Assembly: GCA_964016885.1 (NCBI GenBank)
Contig: OZ024742.1
Location: forward strand, 262,756,001 to 262,820,000
Direction of reading: 5' to 3'
Source of the DNA: Eledone cirrhosa
Taxonomy: Eukaryota
Length of the DNA stretch: 64,000 nucleotides
The translations under genes were made by a program, and so were the position numbers. Shown piece by piece: positions 38,001 to 53,000 of the stretch. The notes beneath the pieces were generated by a model. It saw only the letters and a list, made by a program, of their open reading frames with translations, did not search any database and was not told the DNA's origin. How positions within the stretch are numbered: position 1 is the stretch's first letter; the number at the start of each line of letters is the position of its first letter.

Positions 38001-41000
38001 GAGTTAGCGCAGTGTATCATATCTGATACTCTAACAATTATACCAATCTACTGCCCTGGACTGGTACTTTATTTATCGACTATGAAAAGATGAAAGGCAA
38101 AGTCAACGCAACAGGATTTGAACTCAGACATTAGAGAGCCAGAATAAATACTCCAAGGCATTTAATCCAACACTCAAGTGATGCTAATTCACTACCTGAT
38201 TCATCTATCATTCAATTACATATAGTAGCAAAACAATAACAACATTTTAAACAAAATACAAAAGACACACCATTAACAGGATGTATTCTTCTTTCTTCAT
38301 CAAGTTTGGATCTTTTCTCAGGAATTTTACTAGAAAAAAATTGCAACAGACATAATTCATGTGGTTTTAAATAATTTCTTCAGTTGTTCATGAAAACAAA
38401 ACAGAAAAGAAACTGATCAATATTATAATCAATATTATAATAATTGTACAGCTTTTTTGTCCATCTATCACATGAACGCTAAAATCTGTCAAAAACCTAC
38501 TAAAACTTTGTGTAGAGTTCATGGAATACAACTGAAAGACAAAAAAGGCTGTGGATCTAAATGCTTTCATTCATACCAGAAATGAGCGTTCTCTCTCTCT
38601 CTCCATATATATATATATAAATAAAAAAGGATAAAGAACCCATAACACTTGTGGAATCGTAGAGGCACTGCCATACGGCGTGTCTAGGACACTTTTAAAC
38701 CTGGCAGAGCCCAACCCTCTCCAGGTCTGACTGATATCATCATCATCATCATCATCGTTTAACGTCCATCTTCCACGATTGCATGGGTTTGATATATAAA
38801 AACATATATAACTAAAATAATAGTGTTTGCAAATAGAAATATAAAGATGGAACTGGAGTAAAAAAAGGATGACAAAATAAAAAATGTTTTTACCCATATT
38901 TCGGAGCAACAACTTTCTTTTCAAATTTTGTTTGTAGCCATTTTTACCCCAGTTCCATCTTTATCAGCATTGTATCAACTTTATTACATATTTCACAATG
39001 CTTCATATAAACTACACCATTTTATATATATATAGCAAAGTTTCACATGACAAAAAAACAAATACATGGGATGAATGAATAAAAGCATCTATTTTCCTCA
39101 TCAGCTATAATCTACAAACATAGCTTTCTTAAAGTTAGATAAAGGAACTGAATATTACTTATTCTGTTCTTTTTGAGGCAAAGTTTTACAACTTTAAAAT
39201 GGATGGGTTTTTTTTTTGTGTGTTTTTTGTTTGAATGAGTTGGCATGAAAAAGGTTAAAGGTTCGTAACAAAGCATGCAAATAACTTCTTCATAGATCTA
39301 CCTTTTTGATGATGAATTTTGTTTCAAAATTTGCAAATAATTTGGTGGGATGCCTGTGTGAAATTTTTTAAGGACTTCCTCAGTGTAACCTGGGAAAAAG
39401 AAAGATAAGAATAGAAATTTTAGTAAAAAACATTTCTCCCTTTAATAGAATATTGAAATGAAAATTTACCTACACTGATTTAGCTGGCCTACTATGAGGT
39501 TGAATCTCATAGGAGGTTTTTTTGGTGTTTTAATGATAGGTGTTCCAATCCTATCATGAAAAGCAACATAAAATTAAGCATCTTGCTCAAGAATACAACA
39601 TGCCATCCAAGTCGAGGAATTGAACCCATGACCTTATGATTATATGTCAAAACACCCTAACCACTTAATAAAGAAGTAGAACTATTGTATTCCATAACAT
39701 TTATATCTGAGTAATATATGTTTTGAATATATATGTGTTGTGTGTGTGTGTGTGTATCCATATGTGTATGAGTCTGTGTCAATGTTTATGTCACGTAATT
39801 TAGTGATTTGACAAAAAGAGATGGATAAAATAAGTACCAAAGTTAAAAAGAATAAATACTGGGGTTGATATGATTGACTAAATCCCTTTCATGTTGTGCC
39901 TCAGCATAGCACCAACCTTATGACTAAAACCAGTAAAAGAGTAAAAGAATAGAAGAAAGAACATACAAAATATCTCATCATACCTTTGCTGAGCATTGCT
40001 GCTGCAAATGGTGGTCCACTGATAATACACGTAGTTCCTGACATTGTCTCCACTACACAGTTATTAATTCGCCTTACAATGGGAGTGCTTCTCCAGTATG
40101 TATCTGAGCTTCTGTCTCTACAAGTATAAATAACACACTGGAAATACAAAACAACGAAGGTGACTCTGCTACAAATACAAAGCAAAATTTCACTCAAATC
40201 ACACCTTAATTAAATAAAGAAAGACACACTAGATAATGTAGTCTAAGTTGAACTGTTTAACCCTTTTGATAACAACTCACCTGAAACTGCAACTGGGTGT
40301 ATGATATAGAACTGTTCATTTTAAAATGCTTATATTTATCTAAAACTATTTCATCAAAGGCCGAAGGACTGGCGCAGCAGCATCATCATTAACTGCTACA
40401 AGGGTAAAGGGGATGCCCTAGATAGGGGAAATTATAGAGGCATTAAATTAATTGACCAGGTCATGAAGGTCACAGAAAAAGTAATAGTGCAACTAATCAG
40501 AGAGCGAATTGATCTAGACGAAATGCAGTTCGGGTTTGTGTCAAGTAAAAGTACAACAGATGCTCTTTTCATTGTACGACAACTACAGGAGAAGTACCTA
40601 GCTAAAAGTAAATTTGAATTTAGCCCTTCAGGCTATAACAGTGGAGTTCAAGACCGGCTGCCCATGGAAACTCCTATATGCAGACGATCTAACGCTCATA
40701 GCTGAATCAATGGCCGAGCTAGAGAAGAAATTCCAAACATGGAAGCACGGCCTAGAATCAAAAGGCCTTAAAATTAACCTGTCTAAGACTAAAGTTCTAG
40801 TTTGTAGGAAGGATAATAGGGCACTGGTCCCATCTGGGAAATGGCCATGCTCAGTGTGTAGGAAAGGAGTAGGCAGAAACTCCATTTTATGTCCCAAATG
40901 CAAAGTATGGGTGCATAAAAGATGTAGTGGGATCACAGGTAAGCTAACTAAGAATATAGATTTTATATGTGGCAGGTGCAATAAGTAGCAGCAAGCGCCC

Positions 41001-44000
41001 ACAGAATACTAGCTCATTCCATTGCACAGATGGTTCTATAGAAATAGTGGACACCTTCCGTTACCTGGGTGACAAAATCAGCAGTGCTCTGAAAGTACAG
41101 TAGCTAGAGTCAGAACGGGATGGAAAAGTTCAGAGAGCTTATACCACTATTGGCCGCTAAAGGGTTCTCTCTAAAAATGAAAGGCAGGCTGTATGATGCC
41201 TGCATACGAACAGCAATGTTACATGGCAGTGAGACTTGGGCATTGTGTGCAGAGGATATATGCAGACTAGAGAGGAACGAAGCTTGCATGCTCCGTTGGA
41301 TGTGTAATAGTAATATACGTGAACGGCAAAGCATAAATGAACTAAGGGAGAAATTAGGAATAAGAGGAATCAGATGTTGTTTACTCGAGAGAAGGCTACG
41401 TTGGTATGGTCACGTGATGCACATGAAAGACGACAGCTGTATAAAAAAGTGCAGGGCGATCAAAATAGACGGTAGCCACGGAGTAGGCAGACCCAGAAAA
41501 ACCTGGGACGACTTGATAAATTCCGACCTCACACACTTACACCTCTCCAAGACAATGTCACTGGACCAAGATCTTTGGCGCTACACAGTAATACAGAAGA
41601 CCCGCCTTGCCTAAGTACAAAGCGAAACCTACAGTCAGTAGGCACCTCTAACAAAAATACACCCCCACCCCATCCACACCACCCCTTTCGATGTAAAGTT
41701 ATGTTGGTACCACAACATCCAGTCCGAAATAAATGAGGTCGTGTAGGTGTCACGACAAAAAACACACAGTCCATGCTGTAATGTGGCCGTGTAGGTAACA
41801 CGGTAAAAACCTCCCAGTCCACACTGTAAACATGGTTGGTGTTAGGAAGGGCATCCAGCCATAGAAAACCCGCCAGACAGTCCTATACGAGCAAGACAAC
41901 CAATCTTGCCTCAAGTGGAAAAACTCCCGTCTAAACCCATGCTAGCGTGGAAGATGGACGTTAAACGATGATGATGATGATGATGATGAAGCACTATTAA
42001 GTTATGCTCCAAACACTGAATTAATAATGATTTCTAGTTTAGGCACAAGACCAGCAGTTTGTGGGGAAGGAACAGTCATTACATCAACCTTAGTACATGA
42101 CTGGTACTGTACTCTATTGGCCCTGGAAGGTTGAAAGGTAAATTGACCTCAGTGGAATTTGAACTCATAATGTAAAGGACCATAACTGAACTGTCAAATG
42201 CTCTAATGATTCTACCAATCCACTGCACTACACTGAATTAATAACAAGAAAGTTAATCATTTTAATCATTCCTCGAAAATCTTGATTATATTCAAACTTA
42301 TTTAAAAACCATACTGTCTTTCATTAGAAATATGATAACAAAAGGATTAAATATTTAGCAGTGTGTCATAGACACACTGCTAAATAACATTAATAATTTA
42401 ATAGCAACTGTTATAATTTAAAATATTTTGCCTATTTGTAAATATTTTTAAATCCTCCTCCTTGACATCATCATCAGCAGCAGCAGTAATCAAGTGGAGC
42501 TACGGCCCTCTTAAATGGGCCAGACGCCTGCATCTTGCTTACATACATTTCCATGTTCTACCAAGTGCATTTTATCATGGCACCAGATTTCTAGAAATTA
42601 TTTACTCAACCCATTTTAGTACTAATTTTATCTGGTAATGGTAAGTACCATATATACTCAAATATAAGCCAAGGAATATGTGACCAAGCATTCAATGGTA
42701 AAATGGGGGTGGTGGCTTATATTTGGGGTCCATATTTTGACCAACGATTTTTACGATTTTTACCAACTTCAAATTCTAAATAAATAAGATGCTAAAATAT
42801 CTGGGGTGATTATTTTACAATGAAACACTGTTTCCCTACATTTACTACATCGTCATAAGTTTTATTTATGCATTGCCTTGAGAACATCAACAACTTCAAA
42901 TTCTATGTAAATAAGGTGCTAAAATATCTGGAGTGATTATTTTACAATGAAACAGTTTTTCTACATTTACTACATCGTAGTTGGTACTGTTTATGCATTC
43001 CCTTGAAAATATTTCCAACAAAGTTTTATAATTTGAACTTTTTAATACATAGAGATCCCATACACATATATGCGTGCACACACAAACATGTTTTTCTCTA
43101 ACAATATTTTTTCCGATTTGACTTTATTGCTCTCGCTCTCTCTCCCTTCTCTCTCTGCTTCCCCTCCCTCACTCCTTCCCTCTTATACTCAATGAATCCC
43201 TGTGCAAAATTCTCTTATTTGATCTTTTGCTTTCAAAGTACTCCTAGCCAAAATTTGAGAAATTTGTTGAAACTTAACATAATGGATTACAAAATGGAGT
43301 TGTGAAATAAAAATATACTCTAAACTACATTTAAAATACTTTAAACATCAAAATATTAAAACTTCATAAATATATTTTATATTCATAAGAATTTCAAAAC
43401 CATGCCATCTAAACACTGTGTTCATTAGCTGCCTCGGCTTATAAACAGGGTTTATAAAATAGGGGGCTCAGCTTATATTCGAGTTTATATGGTAAATCTT
43501 CATACCACTTGATATCTGTTTCCAGAGTGGGTCTCCTATTCTTGCATGGGAGGAACAGATATATAAATTTCTACATTTACACTGTTGAACAACAGTCCCT
43601 ACAGCAAGATGCTAACCATCCAACAATAAAGGTGAAGATAGAGTGGAACTTATGTTAGTTGAGCAGTCTGAGGCTATGAATATTTTGCACTCTACCCAAA
43701 GGCACAACATACAGATCTAGTAAGAATGAAATATGTATGTTGTTTTTATCAGTTGGCTTTAAAGACACAATCCATTCCCATCTGCATCATCTTATTTTCC
43801 AAACTTTTGATTGGCCGATATTATTGGAGTCTCTCCCTGTCATTATTTTAATATTTTAAACATCCTTATAGTGTTTTTGTTTACTAATTGCATCGATAAT
43901 CACACGTAATCAAAATTTTTCACTTCACTATATTACATATCTGAGACCCTACTCTTTTACTCCTTTACTGATTTCAGTTATTAAACTGTGGCCATACTGG

Positions 44001-47000
44001 GGCAGAATGCATCCAGCCATAGAAACTATAGAATACATATGAGTGAGGTACAGTCTCCTGAAACATCTAAGAAGACAGTAACTCCAATTAAGTTCTGAAT
44101 TGGTCTGTAACAATCTATGCAACCCAGACCAGCAAAGAAAGATAGATGTAAAATGATGATAAATGCTCCTGAGGTATTTTCCTTCAGCCCTACTAATGAA
44201 TTGTGTGTCCTTCCCATTTCCCATGATAAATCATCTTATTTGTGTAGATTAGATGCTAACTTCTCAGTCCATGAGAGATAAGCAACCTTGTTTAAAAGAA
44301 AATTAGAAGACAGTACTTCAGCTAGTATTTTTTCATAACAGTCTCTAACTACTTAATTTTATGTAATTAATAAGATCTCTAATGATATGATATTTCTAAT
44401 GTTATGTTACATACTACCTGTGATTTTCACATATGAGGGTAGGCTGAAAAGTTTATAGTCTGACTATGAAGGAGTGATGTTAGAGCTATGAAATCTTGCA
44501 TGCATTAATTGTAACTTTTCTTATTAATAACTGCATTGTTTCTTTGCAGGAACAGGTATTTCTCCTTGCCAATTTGAAAATGTTATGTACACATTATTAT
44601 ATTACAGCCCTTTATAATCTGAGTTCAAATCCTGCCGAGGTTAATTTTGCCTTTCATCCTTACGGGGTCGATAAAATAAAGTACCAGTAATGCACTGGGT
44701 AATTGCTGGACTTGTGCCAAAAGTAGAAACAATTATTATCATTCGTTTGTCACCACAAAGTAGATATTTTGGTTTTCTCTTTGAAATAAACCACACTGGA
44801 CCCCCACGCTATAATGGCTATCTATCTCACAATTTCAATCCTGCCCACCCCACACACCACCATAGGCTCTTTAACCAATCAAACCACAGCAACATGTCCT
44901 CACCCATTACCAGCCCCAACATATCCTGCCATTACTACTACGGTCATTCTCGCATTTACCTGTCCCAATAAATTCTGCCATTACTACTACTGTCTTTCTA
45001 GTCCTGCACCAAAGAATTCTTGTTTATTGTTAGCTATGGATGAGCTGAGGATAATGGAACAAACCCGAATAAATACATGAGTATGAATCCACAGTTATAG
45101 CACAGTTGATTAGGGACCGGGTAAAACTAGATGAGTTGCAGTTTGGGTTTGTGCCAGGAAAAAGCACCACTGATGCTCTCTTCCTTGTGAGGCAGTTACA
45201 GGAAAAGTACCTAGCTAAAAGTAAGCTGCTCTACCTGGCATTTGTTGATCTGGAAAAAGCCTTCGACAGAGTGCCCTGTGCTATAATTTGGTGGGCTCTT
45301 AAAAAACTAGGAGTAGATGAATGGCTTGTGAAAGCCATACAAGCCATGTATAGGGGAGCAGTCAGCAAAGTTAGCGTTAACAATGACTATAGCGAGGAAT
45401 TTAGCATACAGGTCAGTGTCCATCAGCGCTCTGTTCTTAGTTTTCTGTTTATTAAAGTATTGCAGGCTATAACAGAGGAGTTTAAGACTGGATGCCCATG
45501 GCACTTCTGTACACAGATGATCTTAGACTTATAGCTGAATCTATGGCGGAACTAAAGAAGAAATTCCAAACTTGGAAGCCGGGACTAGAAAGAAAGGGTC
45601 TCAAAGTCAACCTGTCAAAGACTAAGGTCCTCGTAAGTAGATGAGAAAACAGAACCCAGATCCCCTCAGGGAAATGGCCTTGCTCAGTATGTAGGAAAGG
45701 TGTAGGTAGGAACTCCATTCTCTGCCCCAAATGCAAATTATGGGTACACAAGAGATGAAGTGGGATCTCAGGAAGCTTAGTTAGGAATGTAGGCTTTACA
45801 TGTAGCAGCTGCACCGGGACAGTAAGCAGCAAACAGCCACAGGAAACAAGCCCTACCAAACTCTGGGAGGGCTCTGTAGAAACAGTAGAAAGCTTCTGCT
45901 ACCTAGATGACCAAATTAGCAGCAGAGGTAAGAACAGGATGGAAGAAGCTACTGCCACTGTTAGCTGCAAAAGGCTTTTCCCTCAAAATGAAAGGCAGAC
46001 TGTATGATGCGTGCATACGAACAGCAATGTTACATGGTAGTGAGACCCGGCCGCTGTGTGTAGAAGACTAGCGTACACTAGAAAGCAACAAAGCTTACAT
46101 GCCCCAGTGAATATGTAATAGTAATATATGCAAACAGCAAAGCATAAACGAACTGAGAGAGAGACTGGGCATAAGAGGAATCAAATACTGTGTGCAGGAG
46201 AGGAGGATGTGTTGGTATGGACATGTGATGCATATGAAGGATGACAACTGCATAAAAAGGTGCAGAGCACTAAAAGTTGATGGAAGCCGCAGAGTGGGAA
46301 GACTCAAGAAGACCTGGGATGAGGTGATAAAAGTGGACCTTGCCCAACTGCACATCTCAACGGCAATGACACATGACCATGACCTCTGGCGTCACGCAGT
46401 AATACAGAAGACCCAACTTCCCACGGGAACAAGCCGAAGCTGAAGCATATAGACAATATGCCCCCATCCCTTCCCACTGCAAAGTAGTTGTGGAGGTGTC
46501 ACAACAAAAAAATATAATACCCAGACCACACTGTAAAGTGGTCGTGTAGGTGCCACAAAAAAAAGCACCCAGCACTCACTGCAAATGAGGTTGGTGTTAG
46601 GAAGGGCATCCAGCTGTAGAAATCAAGCCAAAATCAGTTCCCATATGAGCAAGACAAGATCACCTGACCTAACATTGCCCACAACAGGACAACCCATCTA
46701 ACCCATGCTAGCATGGAAGAATGGACGTAAAACGGTGATGATGATGATGAAACCTCATTTGGTCACTCCATGAAAGTATCTATGAACTTTTCAGTCAACC
46801 CACGTAATTTGGAAAATAATTGTTTCTATTTTTGGCACAAGACCAGCAATTACCTCAGTGCATTACTGGTGCTTCATTTTATCAACCCCATAAGGATGAA
46901 AGGCAAAGTTAACCTTGGCAGGATTTGGAAAATAATTGTTTCTACTTTTTGGCACAAGGCCAGCAATTATCCCAGTGCATTACTGGTGCTTAATTTTATT

Positions 47001-50000
47001 GATCCCTAAGGATGAAAAGCAAAGAAATTTTAAGTATTTAGTAATATAACTAATTTTTTTATTAAGATGGTGTTTTGGAGCATAATTTAACCCTTTTGGT
47101 ACTAAACCACCTGAAACCTCCCAGAAAGTCAGTTCTTTGGAGTTCTCTCCATGCCCATGTTTTTTCTTGCAATCATTAACTTGCTGTTATTCAAGAAGAG
47201 CATTAATCATATCAACCTCACAGAACTTGAAGGACCTGTGAAATCATAGACACAGCCCTTTTAACTGGACCAAACCATAAAAAAAATAAAAATGTGTCTG
47301 AACATGATATTATGTATAACTCAGTTTTTAGAATAGGTACAGCATATCTCTGCATGTCATAAGAGATTACTAAAAGGAGCTCATCTTGAGTATAAAACCT
47401 GTTATGAAGCCTGCAAGGCTAACCTCTGTTTTAGCATGGAAAATGGCCTTAAAAAACTTGTTGTTACAATGGATAAATCATCTGATGCAAGTTGTAATAT
47501 ATAAAATACATTTTCACTAAGTTCATATCCTGCCTTTCATCCTTTCAATAAAACAAAGTACCAGTTAAGCACTGGGAGTCAGTATAATCTACTTTCCTCT
47601 TCTCACAAATTGTTGGCCTTGTGCCTAAAGTAAAAATCATTATTATTATTAAACAGAAATATTGATGGTCTCTCTGGAATTAGCTGGAGAGAGAGAGGAA
47701 AGTATCTTCAAACTGGAAATTTGACCCAATTACTTGTAAGAGAGTGGACTTAGATAAAAGCATCCAAGTAGGCCACAACAGGATTTGAACTCAGAATGCA
47801 ATGAATTATAATAAATACTGCTAGGCATCTTGTCTGCAGCTCTAACAATTCTGCCAATCTGTTTTTACCCAGTATATGTCAACATAATATTTCAGGGCTA
47901 CTACCCTCTTTTCAGATGTAAAAATGAAACAGTTCAAAACAAAACAAAGATCAATGGGTTCTTCCTTAAATGGTCTAAGTGTCTTGAATACACATGCGTG
48001 GTGCAGTTATAGTAGCCACTCTGCTCTGTGCATTTCTAATCTAATAGTTATTTGAGGCTTTTTTGTGTTGATGATAATAACCTCTTTGATTCTTAAATTT
48101 CCCACATTCCTTTCTGTCGCCTTTATGATGACTTCAATGTCTCAGCTGCGGCATCTGTCAAGGTGTTTTTTGACAAAAGAAGAGCTTGTTATCATGTGCT
48201 AATTGATCTGTATATGCAACATCCAGGCAGTACTTCTGATATGAGGAGCTACATTGTTTACATGTGCCCTTGTAGACTAGAGTAAAAGGATTGTATTACC
48301 AACATAGCTGACTTAAGAGAGATTTGAACTCACAGTGATTTTATTAAAGTTCTAATGACTCTGCTAATATGTTGCCTGCTGAATGGACAGGAGGAAGGTA
48401 TCTTTAAAGTGAAAACCTAGCCAGAATGAACACTACTAAAATCACTCAAGGACCAGGTTATTGTGTTGCACCAGGCAACAGATGGAGTCTACTAAACAAA
48501 AACAAGAATGGTTCCTCCAACAGGCTTCCATCAACCAAATTTTACTCAGAAGGCTTTGGTCGACCAAACTACTAGTAGAAGACAGTTGTCTAAGATGTTG
48601 CACTGTGGGATTGAATCAGAAATCATACAGTTGCAAAGCAGATTTCTTGCCATATAGTAAGAAAGGATACAGAAAGAGGACATAAAGATTATAGAGCAAA
48701 GGTTAAAGCATACCTAACAGACAGAGGTTTCCTCTTAAATACAATTTAGATTGAGTATGTGATAGATCCACTATTTCATAAATGTTAGAGGTATCCTTAA
48801 GTGATAAACTGAATCTGCAGCCCCATTCAACACCACCAGCTGGCTCTTGGGTACGTCTAGCAGAGTTCAGTCAATTGTAAATATTTGGGTATGTCTCCAT
48901 TTTGAAGATACTTTCCATTTTACTTACCACCAAATTTAGAGGCCTTACTCTTCCCTTCCATACTAAAGAGTAATAATAAAAATACATTTTTGTGTAGGAT
49001 GTATTTGTTAGGGAGGGAGAGAGATACAAAAGTGGATTAACACTGAGATAAGTGACACCTTATTAGGCAGAACATCACACCTATGAAATCTAACTTCTAA
49101 AGAGAATAGCAACAACAGCAAGTGTTTAAGGCCTTTATCCTTGCTAAAACAAGGATTAGCCTTATGAGACTCATAACAGGCATCATACACATCAGGGGTC
49201 CTTTTGGAGGCAATGTTTTACAGTCAGATACCCTTTTCTGGTGCTAACATTTTTAGCTGTCTTTTGCAATACACAAGGATATGGTCTACCAATTCTAAAC
49301 CACAGTTACCTAAATGAATAAAAGAAGATATATTGACAGCAATATTGTACATGTAATCTAAAGAGTCAGTACAGATATTTGTACTGATGTACAAATATCA
49401 GAATAAGATGTTTCAAAATGATACATACTTAACATGTCCTTTGAGAAAAACCTCTTTTTCATCATGGTAAATAATCCATTTGTCTAAGTATTGTTGCTTA
49501 GAGGTGACTTTCGAAGGAAGTAATGGTGGCTTGGGTTTAGATTTAGATTCTGGACTCTTGAATTCAGTTTCCCTTGTTGTTGATTTAGTTTTCTGTAACC
49601 TTGGAGATTCAGCATTTTGTTTTTTGTTGTTAGTTTTTTGTATCTTACTGTCACACTTTTGTGTTTTTGAAGGAGAAATTCGGGTGTTTCTTCTTTTAGG
49701 ATTTGGCTCGTGTGAAGATTTTTTGTGGAGACTAGTTTTTCTCTTCCTTTTATTACTTTCAGTAACATTTTTAGAAGTAGAGTTCCGAGATGAGACAGTT
49801 TTCACTTCAGAAGTCGATGGTGCAGTGTGTTTATGTTTACGAGTAAAAGACCTCAGGCTGTATTTCTGATCATTGTGTACCATTTCATATGGTTCTAAAT
49901 TTCTTTTTTGTGGACTGTATTTGCTCTTCTTAGCATACTCAGAAGTCTTCAGTTTCATTGGTGATTTTCTCCTCTCTTTTTTCACATCTTTAGTTTGTAA

Positions 50001-53000
50001 ATTTTTTGCTAAATCATTCACATGAGATCTCAAGTGATGTTTTGGACTTGCACTTCTATAGTTATTTGAATCATTTGTTTCTTCTTGGACAGTTTTCAAT
50101 GGCGATTTTTTTGATAGTGGTATTTTGAAGGCAGGAAACTTGGCAGGTGCCTTACTTTTCGAACTGGATGACAATTCTTTATGTGGTAATAAAAGCTGCT
50201 TCTTTGAAGTAATTCCAGATGCATGGCTGCCAACATTATGAAAACTAGATACATTTCTCCACATACTGCAGTTGTTAACAGGCTGCTTTGCTGGAAGGTT
50301 AAACATTCTAGACTGATTTTGTGAGAAAGACATTGATTTCTTTGCCACCTCTTGGCGCCATCCCTTATCAAATGTTTTATTTTTTATTGAAGAAAACAGA
50401 TCTGCCCTAGCAGATGATAAGTCAAGATCAGTTCGATTATTAATGAATTTCTTTTGGATAATTGGACCCTATAGATATAAAAATGAAAAATATATTATTG
50501 TCTAATTTTTTATTTATTTATTAAGATTTACAGGATATTAATTACTATGCCACAACAATATTCTCCTTCCACAAAACAACTGACGAGTCCATATGGACTG
50601 GTTCTTAGCTCATGTTATAAAGAGGTGAAATAAATCTTACTCTCAATTGGACAAAATTCTATTACAGAAGATCCAATATATGAACCTATGAAAAATAAAT
50701 AGATATATTAAATCTTCAAAGGATTGATAAGAGCCAGTGCTTTGATCTAGTATCTTTTCTACTGGATATGTCAGACTATTGCAGGTGATATTGAGAGATA
50801 ATTATAAGTGGTTAAGTTATTCCTTTGACTCATCACCCTAGTGCATAGGATAATTTAAATATTTGTCCCTTTAGCAAGTTAACAGACAATGGATGTACAA
50901 TAGCAATATACATGAACGGCAAAGCATAAATAAACTGTAAGAGAAATTAGGCATAAACGGGATCAGATGCAGTATGAGGGAGAGGAGATTGCATTGGTAC
51001 AGGCATGTGATGCATATGAAGGATGACAGCTGTATAAAAAGGTGCAGAGCGCTCAAAGTTAACAGAGGCCATGGAGTGGGCAGGCCTAGGAAGACTTGGG
51101 ATGAGGTGATAAAAGCTGATTGTGCACAATTACACCTCTCTAAGGTGATGACACAGGACCCTGATCTCTGGCGCTATGCAGTAATACAGAGAACCTGCCC
51201 TCCCATATGCAGAAGCTGAAGCAAACATCTAGTATGCACCACCTTCCCTCCCATACACCTCCCTCACTGCAATCATCGCACACCTATATCTACCACCACG
51301 ATACCCCATGCATCTGCTCTTCCAGCCCACCCAAGTCCCCAATCCACACTATAAAGTGGTCCCCCTAAAGCCACGACAAAAGTGCCCAGTCCACACTGTA
51401 AAATGGTCATGTAGGTATCATGATAAAAAGTGCCCAACCCACACTCTAAAGTGGTCGTGTAGGTGTTGTGATAAAAAGAACCCCAAACACACTGTAAATG
51501 TAGTTGGCATTAAGAAGGGCATCCAGCCGTAGAAGCCAAGCCAAAATCAGTTCTGTGTGAACAAAACACAGTCTGCCAATCTAGATCTCTCATAACGGGA
51601 CAGCACCTCCTACCCAAGCTAGCGTGGAAAATGGACGTTAACTGACGATGATGATATATATATATATATGTGTGTGGGGGGTATCATCATCAATGATTAA
51701 CATCTACTTTCCATGCTTGCATGGGTTTGAGAGTTTGTTACATTATAAGACTAGACAGTTCAAATGATTACATCTTGCTCATATGATCCAACTTTGTCTT
51801 GGTTTTCTAAATCTAGATGCATTTCCTAATGCTCATCATATTACAGCGCGTACTGGGAGCTTTTTTCATGGCACCACACAACCACCTTACAGGGTAAACT
51901 GGGTGCTTGCTTGTCATGGCACCAGTACAACTACCTGACAGGATGGACTAGGTGCTTTTTTGTCGTGGCATCAGCACAACCACCTTATAAGATGGACTCA
52001 ATGCTTTTTGTCATGGCACCAGCATGACAACCAAACAGAGTGAACTGGGTGATTTTTGTCATGACACCAGCACTGTGGAAAAACAAGCATGTGTCATAGG
52101 AGTGGCCTTGTAGAGAGTGAGTCGCACTTGGCAGTATAATGCAAAGGAAGTTATATGAGGGATGTGGTAGAAAGTGGGAGAAAAAGGAACACATCATCAT
52201 CATTGTTTTTCTTCTTTGCTCACTTATTCCTGGGAGGGCCATTGGGAGTAGTGTCCACAAGCAAACCTTCCAGAGTGTCCTGTCAGAAGCAACTGTCTCC
52301 AACTGGTCTGGCTGGATCCCCAAGCAAGACCAGCTGAGCTCATGGATGTTATCCAACCATTTTGCTTGAGGTCTACCCCTGGGTCTTCTGTCGGTTGGTT
52401 TTGCCCATAAAATCTGTCCAACGATTCTTTCCTTAAACATTCTAACCACATGTCTGTAGTATAGGAGCTGTAATCTCTCAATTCTGAGAAGTAGTGGCTC
52501 TACCTGGAGCGACACCTTGATCTCCAAACTATGTACTCTATCAAGTAACGTTACTAAAAAGACCCTTCGGAGGAACCCCATTTCGGCTGCTTGTATTCAT
52601 GATCATAATTGGTCATTACCCAAGATTCATGAGCATAAGTAAGGGTTAGTGTGAATACTGAGTCAAAGATAGAGAGTTTGGCTTTTACACCTACCACCCT
52701 TCTTCTGATTACCAAATGCTGAAGCTGGCAGATTATTGCAGCAGCTCCTGCAATTCTTACACTTAATTTAGCCTCCTGCCTTCCATCACCATGAACACGT
52801 CCCCGAGATACTTGTACTACTCCACCTGCTTCAGTGTAACACCACACATATGAAGAGTGCACTGCGGAGGCTTCCTTGAGAGGATGAGTGTCTCAGTCTT
52901 CACAGCACTGAGTTTCAGTTTTGCCATGCAGCAAACCTATCAAGTGCATATCAGAAATAAACTTCCAACAAGTTACGTAATATCATGCCATCTGCAAATT

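Larger units (their letters stand above)
40261..42345. mobile_element. piggyBac-like MITE (second family) split by an RTE and a SINE
   Basis: Left end TTAA-CCCTTTTGATAAC at 40257; right end ...TAACAAAAGGA-TTAA near 42335-42349; relatives at about 47090, 62950-63160 and 63500-63710. Confidence 0.6.

Noticed and set aside
50580-50598. Hammerhead-like CTGACGA-GTCC-ATAT-GGAC
   Set aside because: No GAAA or cleavage triplet follows and no stem I is present; the downstream sequence resembles a decayed SINE.
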